This document shows positions 1-9,393 of a stretch of 42,932 nucleotides of DNA, one piece after another (within the stretch, counting starts at the first letter, position 1; each line of letters opens with the position of its first letter). This DNA is from Opitutia bacterium. GTDB lineage: Bacteria > Verrucomicrobiota > Verrucomicrobiia > Opitutales > T3Sed10-336. Made by a program: the position numbers and the translations under genes. The stretch covers positions 1 through 42,932 of the forward strand of contig PXDN01000107.1 of NCBI GenBank assembly GCA_003566375.1, given 5' to 3'. The notes under the pieces were generated by a model. It made no database searches. It saw nothing but the letters and a program-made list of their open reading frames with translations, and was not told the origin of the DNA.

Positions 1-6
1 CCTGCC

Positions 7-1353
7 ATGGACATGGATGACCGGATCGAGACGATTTCGCAACTGACCCGCCGCATCAAAACCACCTTGGAGGGCGGCTTTGCCGGGGTTTGGGTGCGGG
101 GAGAGATTTCAAATTTCCGGAGACAGAGCAGCGGTCACTCCTATTTCTCTCTCAAGGATTCCGGCAGCCAGTTGCCGGCGGTCCTCTTTCGGGGCGACTC
201 CCTCCGCCAAACCGTCCAGCCGCGCGACGGCATGCAGGTGGTGGCCTACGGCGACCTGAGCGTTTACGAACCGCGGGGTAATTACCAAATGATCGTGCGC
301 GTACTGATGGACGACGGGGCCGGCCGCTTGCAACAGGAGTTTGAACGCCTCAAGGCAAAGCTCGCCGCCGATGGACTTTTCGACCCCGGGCGCAAACGAG
401 CGCTTCCGGTCATGCCCCGCATCATCGGTTTCATCACCTCCCCCAGCGGGGCGGCGGTGCGGGATTTCATCCGCATCTTGGAACGGCGGCATTGGCGCGG
501 CCGCCTGATTATTCTCCCTGCCAGGGTTCAGGGCGCGGGCGCGGCGGAGGAGATGGCGGCGATGCTGCAAACCGCCGAACGCCTCGGCCTCTTCGACTTG
601 CTCGTCATCGGGCGGGGGGGCGGCAGCTTGGAAGATCTTTGGGCTTTCAACGAAGAGCTGCTGGTGCGGAAAGTCGCCGCCTGCGCGCTCCCGGTCATCT
701 CCGCCGTGGGACACGAAATCGATGTTTCCCTGGTCGATTTCGCCGCTGACCGCCGCGCGGAAACGCCGTCGGCGGCGGCCGAATTGATCAGCAGCGCCTT
801 CATCCGCTGCGGGGAACGCTGGGAAACGGCCCGCCGCGCTTTGCACACCCGCGCGGTCGATGGCTTGGCGGACAAGAAACGCCGGGTGGCGGATCAAGGT
901 GCCCGCCTCCGTCTCCTCTCCCCCCGGCAGCGGATCGAACGCCACTGGCTGCGGTTGGACGACTTGGCCAACCGCCTGCAAACCCGAGCGGCCGGGGAAG
1001 CCCGCGAACGGTCATCCCGCCTGCTGCGACTGCGGGCGGAACTTGAACGGCACGCTCCCGCCCAACGACTCAGTTGGCACCGCCAGCAAGTCGCCAACCT
1101 TCGCAGCCGTTTCGAACGGGCCTGCGCGGCGGTGCTCCGCGAAAAACGCGACCGCTGGACGCGCGGCCAACACGACCTCTCCACCCTCAGTCCCGACGCG
1201 GTTTTGCGCCGTGGGTTCGCCATGGTCCGCGACACGGAGGGCCGGATCATTTCCCGGCGGGTGGAAACCACGCCCGGCCAAACCTTGCTGACGACCTTCG
1301 CCGACGGAGACATCCGGGTTACCCGGGAAGACGACCGGCCGGCCACCCCATGA
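7..1353 (+). CDS. xseA: Exodeoxyribonuclease VII large subunit
   Basis: N-terminal OB fold (VWVRGEISNF..SGHSYFSLKD), ITSPSGAAVRD, GRGGGSLEDLWAFNEE, SAVGHEID..D.AAD.RAETPSAAAE, C-terminal LSPDAVLRRGF. Start could be 13. Confidence 0.97.
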   Translation: MDMDDRIETISQLTRRIKTTLEGGFAGVWVRGEISNFRRQSSGHSYFSLKDSGSQLPAVLFRGDSLRQTVQPRDGMQVVAYGDLSVYEPRGNYQMIVRVLMDDGAGRLQQEFERLKAKLAADGLFDPGRKRALPVMPRIIGFITSPSGAAVRDFIRILERRHWRGRLIILPARVQGAGAAEEMAAMLQTAERLGLFDLLVIGRGGGSLEDLWAFNEELLVRKVAACALPVISAVGHEIDVSLVDFAADRRAETPSAAAELISSAFIRCGERWETARRALHTRAVDGLADKKRRVADQGARLRLLSPRQRIERHWLRLDDLANRLQTRAAGEARERSSRLLRLRAELERHAPAQRLSWHRQQVANLRSRFERACAAVLREKRDRWTRGQHDLSTLSPDAVLRRGFAMVRDTEGRIISRRVETTPGQTLLTTFADGDIRVTREDDRPATP

Positions 1354-2951
1354 CCATTCGGCCCGCCAGTTCCATCCGCCGGAACGCCGCCGTGGCGATC
1401 TGGGCGGCGACCTGGCCGGTCGCCTGGCTCTCCCCGGGCTGGTTGCCGCTCTGGCCGGGACTGGTCGCCCTGATTACGGTTTTTCTGCTCCAACGGGTGC
1501 TGACCGGGTTGCTCGCGGGCGCCGCTTGCGGAGTTCTCCTTTTGCAAAACGGCAACCCCCTCACCGCCTTTGGGGCGTTTTTCACCGAACACCTCATTCC
1601 CTCGGTGCAAAGTGATTGGCGGGTCAGTGTGATTGTCTTCACGCTTCTGCTCGGCGGATTCGCCGCCTTGATCGAGCACGGAGGCGGCTTGCGCACCCTC
1701 TTTCAAAAGCTGGCCGGTGGCGCCGGACACGCCGCGCGACGGGTTCGTTGCGGAGTATTCGGGCTCGGCATGGTCTGTTTCTTCGACGGGTTGGCCAACA
1801 GCATGCTGGTCGGGCGATCGATGCGCCCCATGGCCGACCGGGCCGGCGTCTCCCGCGCCAAACTCGCCTATATCGTCGATTCCACCAGCTCCGCCGTCGC
1901 CTGCGTGGCCATGGTATCAACCTGGATCGCCTACCAGCTGACCATGATTGAGGAGGGCTTTCGGCAAGCCGGGCGGGATGAGGTCAACCCCTACGGCCTC
2001 TTCCTCCAATCGCTTCCCTACAATTTTTACTGCTGGTTCACCATCCTGCTGGTCAGCATCGTGGTGTGGCGGGACTGGAACCCCGGTCCCATGCGGGCGG
2101 CGGAAGCAACCGCCCGCGCCGCCCCCCTTCCGGACACCGGCGCCCCCGCCAGCGTCCCGGATGGTTCGCCCGCACGGGCATTGGTCCCCCTGGGCGTGTT
2201 GATTTTCGGGATACTGGGAGGCATGCTTTGGAGCGGTTCGGGGGGAAACCCGGATTGGTCTTGGGAAGGAATCTCGCGGGCTTTCGGCGCGGCGGATGCC
2301 GCCGCCGTGCTGGTGGTGGCGGCGGCATTCGCCTGCCTGACCGCCTTTTTTCTCAACCGCCGCGACGAACCGGGCTCCGAAGGGGCGGCGGATGTGTTTT
2401 TAAACGGGGTCACCTCCCTGTTCATTCCCGTCCTCATCCTCATCAGCGCCTGGGTTCTGGGCAGCGCCCAGCGGGAACTGGGGGCCGCCGCCTGGCTGGC
2501 CGACATGGCGGGCGATCATTTCCCGGCCGCGCTCCTTCCCGCCGCCGTTTTCATCGCGGCCATGACCGTGGCCTTCACCACCGGCACGTCGTGGGGAACC
2601 ATGGGCGTGCTCACGCCGCTGGCCATTCCCGTCGCCCTCGCCCTGGGCGGTGCCGGAGAGGAAACCGCGCTGGTGGCGGCGGTGATTGCGGCGGTATTTG
2701 GCGGTGCGGTTTTCGGCGACCATTGCTCGCCGCTGAGCGACACCACCATTGTCTCTTCCATTTCGTGCGGTTTGGAACCGATGGAACATGTCCGCACCCA
2801 GCTTCCTTATGCCTTGGTGGCGGCCGCCGTATCTTTGCTTTTTGGATACTTGCCGGTGGCGCTGGGCGCTCCGGTTTGGCTCGCCCTCGCGGCGGGCGTC
2901 GTGATCCTCTGGTTTTTGCCCCGCTGGTGGAAAACGGGCCCGGCCGGTTAA
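1350..2951 (+). CDS. Na+/H+ antiporter NhaC-family membrane protein
   Basis: Multi-TM protein with FFDGLAN, SRAKLAYIVDST, FTTGTSWGTMG, GAVFGDHCSPLSDTTIVSS and HVRTQLPYA, typical of the NhaC/IT superfamily. ATG at 1350 overlaps the xseA stop (ATGA); the ORF-track start at 1074 lies inside xseA. Confidence 0.9.
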   Translation: MTIRPASSIRRNAAVAIWAATWPVAWLSPGWLPLWPGLVALITVFLLQRVLTGLLAGAACGVLLLQNGNPLTAFGAFFTEHLIPSVQSDWRVSVIVFTLLLGGFAALIEHGGGLRTLFQKLAGGAGHAARRVRCGVFGLGMVCFFDGLANSMLVGRSMRPMADRAGVSRAKLAYIVDSTSSAVACVAMVSTWIAYQLTMIEEGFRQAGRDEVNPYGLFLQSLPYNFYCWFTILLVSIVVWRDWNPGPMRAAEATARAAPLPDTGAPASVPDGSPARALVPLGVLIFGILGGMLWSGSGGNPDWSWEGISRAFGAADAAAVLVVAAAFACLTAFFLNRRDEPGSEGAADVFLNGVTSLFIPVLILISAWVLGSAQRELGAAAWLADMAGDHFPAALLPAAVFIAAMTVAFTTGTSWGTMGVLTPLAIPVALALGGAGEETALVAAVIAAVFGGAVFGDHCSPLSDTTIVSSISCGLEPMEHVRTQLPYALVAAAVSLLFGYLPVALGAPVWLALAAGVVILWFLPRWWKTGPAG

Positions 2952-2952
2952 G

Positions 2953-3912
2953 TCAGCTCTCGTTTTTTTTGCTCAATCCGAAAAACGACAAAGCCCGGTC
3001 CCGGTCCCGCGCGATTTGCGCGCGCAACGCGTCCAATCCCCCGAATTTTTTTTCCGGCCGGAGAAAATCCAGCCATTCGGCGGTCAGGATGTCTCCGGGC
3101 CCCCAACCGCAGCCGCCGTTTGTATCCAGCAGATGGATTTCCAGCAACGGTTCCGCGGCGGAGTTTTCCACCGTCGGGCGGACCCCGTAATTGGCCACGC
3201 CCGGCCGGGCACCGGACACTCCCGGACCGCGCACCCGGACCGCGTAGACGCCTTTTCCCGGTTGCAGGCCGGGGGACCACGGAAGGTTGAGGGTTGGAAA
3301 ACCCAACTCCCGTCCCAGGCGTTTCCCCGCCGTCACCGCCCCCCGGCTGAAATAGGTGTGGCCGAGCAAGGTGTTGGCCGTCTTCACATCCCCGGCCGCC
3401 AAGCGCGCGCGGATGCGGGTGCTGCTGATCGCCTCGCCGTTGTGATGCAAACGGGGCACGCTCACCACACTGACGCCGAGGCGAACCCCTTCCCGGACCA
3501 GCAGGGCGACATCCCCCGCGCGCCCCCGGCCGAAACGCCAGTTTTCTCCCACGTAAACGGCGTTGAGTTTCGGCAAATGATGCAGGAGCAAAGGCAAAAA
3601 GCCCTCCGCGGTGGTGGCCGCATAGTCGCGGTCAAACGATTGTTGAATGAGAAAATCTATGCCCAGCTCACGCAAAACCCCGGCCTTCGTTTCCGGCGAC
3701 ATAATCTGCGGAGTCGGATTTTCCGGTCGGAACAAGACACTGGGGTGCGGCCAAAAGGTGAGTACCCCGCACCGCCCCCCGCTCCGGCGGGCGGAGTGAA
3801 TGGCGGCGTCGATCACGGTCTGGTGGCCGAGGTGAACCCCGTCGAACATCCCGATGGCCAGATGGAGTTCGCCGACCGGATCAATTTCCGAAAGTCCTTG
3901 GTGGATTTGCAT
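2953..3912 (-). CDS. ribF: Bifunctional riboflavin kinase / FAD synthetase
   Basis: IGMFDGVHLGHQ, VGENWRFG, ISSTRIR, GRELGFPTLNL, NYGVRPTV, EIHLLD, LRPEKKF. Start placed at MQIHQGL (3912). Confidence 0.96.
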   Translation of the reverse strand: MQIHQGLSEIDPVGELHLAIGMFDGVHLGHQTVIDAAIHSARRSGGRCGVLTFWPHPSVLFRPENPTPQIMSPETKAGVLRELGIDFLIQQSFDRDYAATTAEGFLPLLLHHLPKLNAVYVGENWRFGRGRAGDVALLVREGVRLGVSVVSVPRLHHNGEAISSTRIRARLAAGDVKTANTLLGHTYFSRGAVTAGKRLGRELGFPTLNLPWSPGLQPGKGVYAVRVRGPGVSGARPGVANYGVRPTVENSAAEPLLEIHLLDTNGGCGWGPGDILTAEWLDFLRPEKKFGGLDALRAQIARDRDRALSFFGLSKKNES

Positions 3913-4065
3913 GGTTTTCACAAGATACCGAACAACCACCCTGAGAAGTTTGGACCGGAGTGCAAAACCGGATTTATCCGCCGGGATTGCCAAAGGCGGT
4001 CACTTCGTACTTTCACCCCGCCCCTGTTTGCGCCAAGCTGGCGGAAATCTGCAAGACGCGATGCT

Positions 4066-6387
4066 GTGACCGGAATCGATTTCATTCAGGATTTGGCGGT
4101 GGTGATGGCGGCGGCCGGGCTGGTGGGCTGGTTGTTCCAGCGGCTTGGCATGTCCCTGTTTGCCGGATACATCGTGGCCGGCATGCTGATTGGGCCGCAC
4201 ACCCTGCCGGTCCCCTTGATTCAGGAGAGCGACCGGATTTCCGTCCTGGCCCAGCTCGGGTTGGTTTTCCTGATGTTTTCCATCGGCCTCGGCACCAATC
4301 TGCGCCGTTTGCGCCAGCTTGGCCTCGGGGTGGTCCTGGCCACGGCCGGAAGCGCCTTCCTCCTGTTCAACGGCTGGCGCCTTTTCGGGCACCTCATCGG
4401 TCTCGACAACACGGCCAGCCTGTTTCTGGCCGGGATGCTGCTGGCCTCCAGTTCCACCATCATTGGAAAACTTCTGCAGGAGCGCGGCCAAAGCCACCGC
4501 CGGTTCGGACGCCTGGCCCAGGGGGTAACGGTGATTGAGGACATGCTGGCCATCATCGCCCTGACCCTGCTGCTCTCCTACGCCGGGATCGAGGGCGCCG
4601 CCCCGGGCGGATTTTGGGAGACCACCGGCCTCTTTGGCGTGCTGGTGGTTTTCACCGGAATATCCGGGTTGTTGCTGGTCCCCCGACTGCTGAAAGTTTT
4701 GTCGCGACAGGCGGTGGAATTGCCGACTCTCGCGGTGACCGCGCTGCTGCTGGCGCTCGCCATTCTGGCCCACCTGGCGGGGTTTTCCCTGGCTTTGGGA
4801 GCCTTTCTGACCGGCGTGATTATCGCGGAAACCACCCAGCGGCAAAACCTCGAACGGGTTTTCGAGGGGATGCGGCACATTTTCACGGCGGTCTTTTTTG
4901 TCATCATCGGCCTCCTGATCGAACCGCACATGGTGGCCGAAGTCTGGTGGTTGATCGTGCCGGTGGCGCTGCTGGTGATTGCCAGCCGAATCCTGATCCT
5001 GCCCGCCTCCCTCATTTTGATCGGACACCCCCCGAGGGACGCGTTTCGCACCGGAATGCTGCTGACCCCGGTGGGCGAATTCGCCTTCATCATTTCCCAA
5101 GCCGGGATCGCGGCGACCGCCGCGCCCCCGGGTTTTTTCCCCTTGGCCGCGGGCGTCGCGCTGATCACCTGCCTGGTCAGCCCGTTTCTCTCCGCCCGCG
5201 CCGACCGCATCGCCGATGCGGTGGAACGTTGGCAACCACGCCCCCTGCTGAGACTGGTGGTCCTCTACCACGGCTGGCTGACCCGGGTCGGCCGGCGCCA
5301 GGACCACAACCTGTTTTGGCGTTTCAGCCGCAAACGGCTCGTGCAAATCGCGGTGGGAATTCTCTTCATAACCGGATTGTTGATTGTGGCCGTGCCTATG
5401 CAAAACGCCTTGGCCAACCTCGTGGGGGACGACTGGTTTTTCCGCAATGGCACCGTCGTGCTGGTCTGGATCGCCATCGGATTTGTGGCGTTGATTCCCT
5501 TGATCGCGGTCTGGCGGAACATCGCCGCCCTCGCCTTGATTTATGCCAACATGACTTCCCGCCGTTCAGGCCGGGATTCAGCCCTGCCGTTTTTGGTGGA
5601 AAACGGATTCAAATTCATGGCGGCCTTCGGCCTCGCTCTCTGGCTGGGGGCTTTTCTACCGCTCGGCGGAGGCGCCCTTTGGCTTCTGGCGGCGGTGCTG
5701 GCCGTGCTCGGATTGATCCTGTTTTTCTTTCGGAAACGGTTGATCTTTCTCCATGCCCGCTTCGAAGGGGAGCTGGGAAGCATGCTCGCCGAAAAAGAGA
5801 CGCCATCGGATGCCGACACCATTCCAGCCTGGTTGAGCGATCCGGGTGACTGGCACCTGCGGGTTGTTGATTGCGTGTTGCCCGAGGGGGCCTCGGCGGC
5901 CGGAAAAAGCATCGGAGAGCTGGCGCTGAGAAAACGCTTCAGCTGTTCCATCATGGCCATCGACCGCCACGGATTTGTCATGCCCAACCCACCCGCGGCC
6001 GCCCGGCTTTACCCGCGGGACCGCCTGCTGCTGCTCGGCACCGAAGAAGCGACCGAAACCGCCCGGATTTTTCTGGATCAGACGCTCACCCAGGGAGAAG
6101 ACCGGATCGACTTGGACGAAGTGAGCTTGGAAACCTTGGCCGTGCCCGCCGATTCGCCACGGGTCAACCGCACGTTCGCCGAACTCGCCCTCAACGGACG
6201 GACGGGGATTCTGGTGGCCGGCATTCGCCGCCCGGACGGAATCAAACTAAATCCATCCGGCGCCGATATCCTCCGGGCAGGCGACAAGCTGCTTGTTCTG
6301 GGAACCCCGTCGCAAATCCACGGCTTTGAGGATTGGCTGCACCCCGAACCGGTGGAATCCACCGAACAACCTCATTCCACTGGTTGA
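4066..6387 (+). CDS. CPA2-family cation:proton antiporter with extra TM segment and two C-terminal RCK_C (TrkA-C) domains
   Basis: FIQDLAVV..AGYIVAGMLIGP, LGLVFLMFSIGL, SSSTII, VIEDM, LGAFLTG, FFVIIG, GEFAFII; C-terminal GKSIGELALRKRFSCSIMAIDR and NRTFAELALNGRTGILVAGIRR..NPS...L..GD.LLVLG. Start inferred at GTG 4066; the upstream part of the 3016 ORF is antisense to ribF. Confidence 0.9.
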   Translation: MTGIDFIQDLAVVMAAAGLVGWLFQRLGMSLFAGYIVAGMLIGPHTLPVPLIQESDRISVLAQLGLVFLMFSIGLGTNLRRLRQLGLGVVLATAGSAFLLFNGWRLFGHLIGLDNTASLFLAGMLLASSSTIIGKLLQERGQSHRRFGRLAQGVTVIEDMLAIIALTLLLSYAGIEGAAPGGFWETTGLFGVLVVFTGISGLLLVPRLLKVLSRQAVELPTLAVTALLLALAILAHLAGFSLALGAFLTGVIIAETTQRQNLERVFEGMRHIFTAVFFVIIGLLIEPHMVAEVWWLIVPVALLVIASRILILPASLILIGHPPRDAFRTGMLLTPVGEFAFIISQAGIAATAAPPGFFPLAAGVALITCLVSPFLSARADRIADAVERWQPRPLLRLVVLYHGWLTRVGRRQDHNLFWRFSRKRLVQIAVGILFITGLLIVAVPMQNALANLVGDDWFFRNGTVVLVWIAIGFVALIPLIAVWRNIAALALIYANMTSRRSGRDSALPFLVENGFKFMAAFGLALWLGAFLPLGGGALWLLAAVLAVLGLILFFFRKRLIFLHARFEGELGSMLAEKETPSDADTIPAWLSDPGDWHLRVVDCVLPEGASAAGKSIGELALRKRFSCSIMAIDRHGFVMPNPPAAARLYPRDRLLLLGTEEATETARIFLDQTLTQGEDRIDLDEVSLETLAVPADSPRVNRTFAELALNGRTGILVAGIRRPDGIKLNPSGADILRAGDKLLVLGTPSQIHGFEDWLHPEPVESTEQPHSTG

Positions 6388-6399
6388 AACGCCAGTGCC

Positions 6400-7155
6400 T
6401 CACAGCGGGCAACCGGTCGCCAAAAACTCCCACGGCACGCCGAATTTGGCCGCCACCTCGCGGGCCAGGGCACACACGCCGGCCACTTCAGTTTGGTAGT
6501 GGCCGCACAGATATAAATTCAAGCCTTCCTCCTGCGCGGTGTTGAAAGCGTTTTGCTTCAGCTCGCCGGTAATCAAAGTGTCGATACCGGCCCGTTTCAA
6601 TTCGGGCAGCGCGCTTTGCCCGGAACCGGTCAGGATGCCGATCCGTTCGGGCTTTTCCGAACCGCACTCAATGGCGCGGAAGGAATGCGGGAAGCGGGCC
6701 CGCAGTCGGTTGGCCAAATCCTGACGGGTGATCGGCCCCTCCGCCACCATGCCGATGCGGTTGCCTTCGTATTCAAGAAACGCGTCCACCACCGGCAATT
6801 CGATTTTGCCGGCCAGAATGGCGTTGTTGCCGATCTCCGGATGCAGGTCGAGCGGGAGGTGCGAACCGTAAACAGCGAGATTCCCTTCGACCAGGATCCC
6901 GAGTTTCCGGCGCGTCACCCCGGTCATCGGCACCGGGGTCTCCCAAAACATGCCGTGGTGCACGATTAACAGGTCGATCCCTTTTTCCACCGCCATTTGA
7001 AAGGGAACCAGACCGGCGTCCACCGCCGCGCCGACACGGGTCACCCGGCCGTCATTTTCAAACTGCAAGCCATTCACGGCTCCGGGAAAATCTTTAATTT
7101 CACGGGTGCGCACCCGCTCGTCGCAAAACGACACAATGTCAGGAAGGTTGGCCAT
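6400..7155 (-). CDS. Nif3-like dinuclear metal centre protein (YbgI / DUF34 family)
   Basis: NGLQ, LLIVHHG, YGSHLPLDLHPEIGNN, TGSG, ITGE, GHYQTE. Start placed at MANLPD. Confidence 0.93.
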   Translation of the reverse strand: MANLPDIVSFCDERVRTREIKDFPGAVNGLQFENDGRVTRVGAAVDAGLVPFQMAVEKGIDLLIVHHGMFWETPVPMTGVTRRKLGILVEGNLAVYGSHLPLDLHPEIGNNAILAGKIELPVVDAFLEYEGNRIGMVAEGPITRQDLANRLRARFPHSFRAIECGSEKPERIGILTGSGQSALPELKRAGIDTLITGELKQNAFNTAQEEGLNLYLCGHYQTEVAGVCALAREVAAKFGVPWEFLATGCPL

Positions 7156-7258
7156 GGGAAAATGCAAACAGCGCGGGACGCGGCAAACAAGGAGAAAGCC
7201 GCTCACTTTTCAGAGCGCGTGCGGGAATTGCCCCAAGGACCGCCAACGCGCCTCCGAT

Positions 7259-7585
7259 TTACTCCGGCGGGCCGCCCAATCCTTCGAGCAGAGCCCGCAC
7301 GTCCGCCTCCGGCCCCTCATGGTGCTGCTCAACCGCAAGCCGAAGGGAAGTTTCCAACCACGGCCGGGCCTCCTTGTTCCGGCCCAGCCGCAAGAGGGCT
7401 TTCCCCACCAGAATCCGCGCCAGCATCCAATCATCCCGGCTGCGGGCGGCAACCGTGAGGTGTTCAACCGCTTCTTCCCAGGACTCCTCTTCAAACAACG
7501 CCTGTCCCAGGCTGAAGCGGAACAATGGGTTGCCCGGATTTTTCTCCACCCTGGAACGAAACTGATCTGATTTGCGCATGGTCAT
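7259..7585 (-). CDS. Small tetratricopeptide-repeat protein
   Basis: Two TPR-like units (NPLFRFSLGQALFEEESWEEAVEHL; ARILVGKALLRLGRNKEAR). Start at 7585 or 7579; GGAG lies 6 nt before the latter. Confidence 0.8.
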   Translation of the reverse strand: MTMRKSDQFRSRVEKNPGNPLFRFSLGQALFEEESWEEAVEHLTVAARSRDDWMLARILVGKALLRLGRNKEARPWLETSLRLAVEQHHEGPEADVRALLEGLGGPPE

Positions 7586-7601
7586 CTCCGGTAAAAAATC
7601 C

Positions 7602-8309
7602 TCAGGAAAGAAACAAGGCCACGCCGGTGGCGTTGTCGGACCCGCCGCGCTCGTTGGACAACTGAATCATCTTTTTCAAAAAGGATTCCGGATCATCCGC
7701 GGCAAAAATTTCTCCGCCCAACTCGTCCGGGGTGATGTGACGGGTCAGCCCGTCGGTGCACAGCAGCAGGCGGTCGCCCGGTGCCACCGGATAATAGTAG
7801 TGATCGATCTCCAGTTTGACAAATTGCCCAAGGCAACGGGTCAGGGTGTGTTCGAACCGCTCGGGAACCCGTGTGCCGGGACGGCGTCGGCGCAGTTCCT
7901 CAGCCTCGGTGTGATCGGTGGTTAGTTTTTCCCAAGAGTCGGCACGAAACCGATACAGGGCGCTGTCTCCGACATGGGCCACCACGCACGATTCCTTCAA
8001 CAAGAGCAGGACCGTCAGGGTGGTGCCCGAATCCCGGCCCGGGCCGAGTTCGCGGTTCAAACGGCACACCGCCCGGTGGGCTTCGGAGACCGCGAACACC
8101 AAATCGACCTGACTGCCCGCTTTGGAGGCCGCCTCCGCCTGTTCGCGAATCACCGAGACGGCAAGAGCGCTGGCCTCCTCTCCGGCCTCGAGCCCGCCCA
8201 GCCCGTCGGCCACGGCATAGAGGTGGCGGGAGTCATCCGCGTAAAACGCGTCTTCATTGTTGTGCCGGCGTTTTCCGACATCGCTGAGGCCGTGTGTGGT
8301 GATGGTCAT
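7602..8309 (-). CDS. PP2C-family (PPM) Ser/Thr protein phosphatase
   Basis: SDVGKRRHNNED, VADGLGG, SGTT, AHVGDS, LTTDH, LTRCLG, LLCTDGL, GGSDNAT. Start placed at MTITTHG. Confidence 0.93.
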   Translation of the reverse strand: MTITTHGLSDVGKRRHNNEDAFYADDSRHLYAVADGLGGLEAGEEASALAVSVIREQAEAASKAGSQVDLVFAVSEAHRAVCRLNRELGPGRDSGTTLTVLLLLKESCVVAHVGDSALYRFRADSWEKLTTDHTEAEELRRRRPGTRVPERFEHTLTRCLGQFVKLEIDHYYYPVAPGDRLLLCTDGLTRHITPDELGGEIFAADDPESFLKKMIQLSNERGGSDNATGVALFLS

Positions 8310-8493
8310 GGCAAAGATGGCTGCGCAGCCAAATGACCGCCAATTGCCGCCCGGCGTCAAGTAGGAAGCGTTTCCCCCAGTCCACCATCGGTCAGGTTAA
8401 GGCTTGATCCCCCGCACCCGACCCGTAGATTCTGAGATTCATATCATTCCTTCCCGAGTTCTCTTGTGTGGACTCCATTCCGTGATCGCCTTC

Positions 8494-9027
8494 ATGCGCG
8501 CTTCCCTTCCAGTCAAACGCCGTCTGCTCAGCACCGCCCTGATCGCCTTGGTTGCCGTCAGCCCCGCCTGCCGGGAAATCGTGGATAAAGAAGCCACCGA
8601 TAAAATGGAAAAAGCCCGTGAAGCCATGGAACGCGAGGAATGGGAATCGGCGGATGATTTTTTTTACGAGGTCTTGCTGCTGGATGAATCCCGGGGCGAC
8701 GCCTGGGTTGGACGGGCGATGAGCCTCACCCGGCTGGGAGAAAAGGAAGCCGCCCGCGAGCATTACGAAACCGCCCTGCGGCGCTTTTCCACCGAGTTGG
8801 AGGAAGAGCCCAACGATTTTGTGCGGTTGCGGAAAAAAATCCTCGTGCTGGTATTGCTCGACCGGATCGAGGAAGCCGAAGCCTTGGCGGAGGAAGCGGC
8901 CGCCGCCCCGGAAATCTGGGGTCGGGAGGCCGCGGATCTACCCGGCTTGGTGCAAACGTTGCGGGAAACGCACGCCGACATGATTTTAACCGCTTCCGAA
9001 CCGGAAACCCCCGCCGAAAACCCATGA
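8494..9027 (+). CDS. Acidic TPR-containing exported protein, possible lipoprotein
   Basis: Basic N-terminus and hydrophobic stretch ending VSPAC, then TPR-like helices (DAWVGRAMSLTRLGEKEAAREHYETAL). Stop overlaps the next start (ATGA). Confidence 0.7.
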   Translation: MRASLPVKRRLLSTALIALVAVSPACREIVDKEATDKMEKAREAMEREEWESADDFFYEVLLLDESRGDAWVGRAMSLTRLGEKEAAREHYETALRRFSTELEEEPNDFVRLRKKILVLVLLDRIEEAEALAEEAAAAPEIWGREAADLPGLVQTLRETHADMILTASEPETPAENP

Positions 9028-9347
9028 GCGAACCGAACGGCGATGGCTCCCTGCGGGGTTTTCATAAAGCGTATTTGCGCGGTTTGGGCCAGCGGCTGCC
9101 CGCCCGCGTGCATGTGGGCAAAAAGGGGATCATCGATTCCCTGGAACGCGAGGTGGACCAATGGCTGCTGAGGGAAGAGTTGGTTAAAATCAGTTTCAAC
9201 GCTTCCGCCAAAAACAATCCGCTGCCCGAAGATCTGGCCCGCCGCACGGGTGCCGCGGTGGCCGGGACGGTTGGCAAAACCGCCCTTCTGTACCGCCCCC
9301 ACCCGGAACCGGAGCGGCGGGTCATCCGCCTTCCCGAACGGGATTGA
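9024..9347 (+). CDS. yhbY: YhbY-family RNA-binding protein (CRM domain)
   Basis: KAYLRGLGQRLPARVHVGKKG, EELVKI, VGKTALLYRP. Confidence 0.88.
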   Translation: MSEPNGDGSLRGFHKAYLRGLGQRLPARVHVGKKGIIDSLEREVDQWLLREELVKISFNASAKNNPLPEDLARRTGAAVAGTVGKTALLYRPHPEPERRVIRLPERD

Positions 9348-9393
9348 CCCGAGCCCGAAAGCTGCCGGGCCACTCCATCCGCCCCCGCCCGTC

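Noticed and set aside
3016-4065. 350-aa N-terminal extension of the CPA2 antiporter (1123-aa ORF)
   Set aside because: It overlaps ribF on the opposite strand; homology-like sequence begins only at VTGIDFIQDL (4066).
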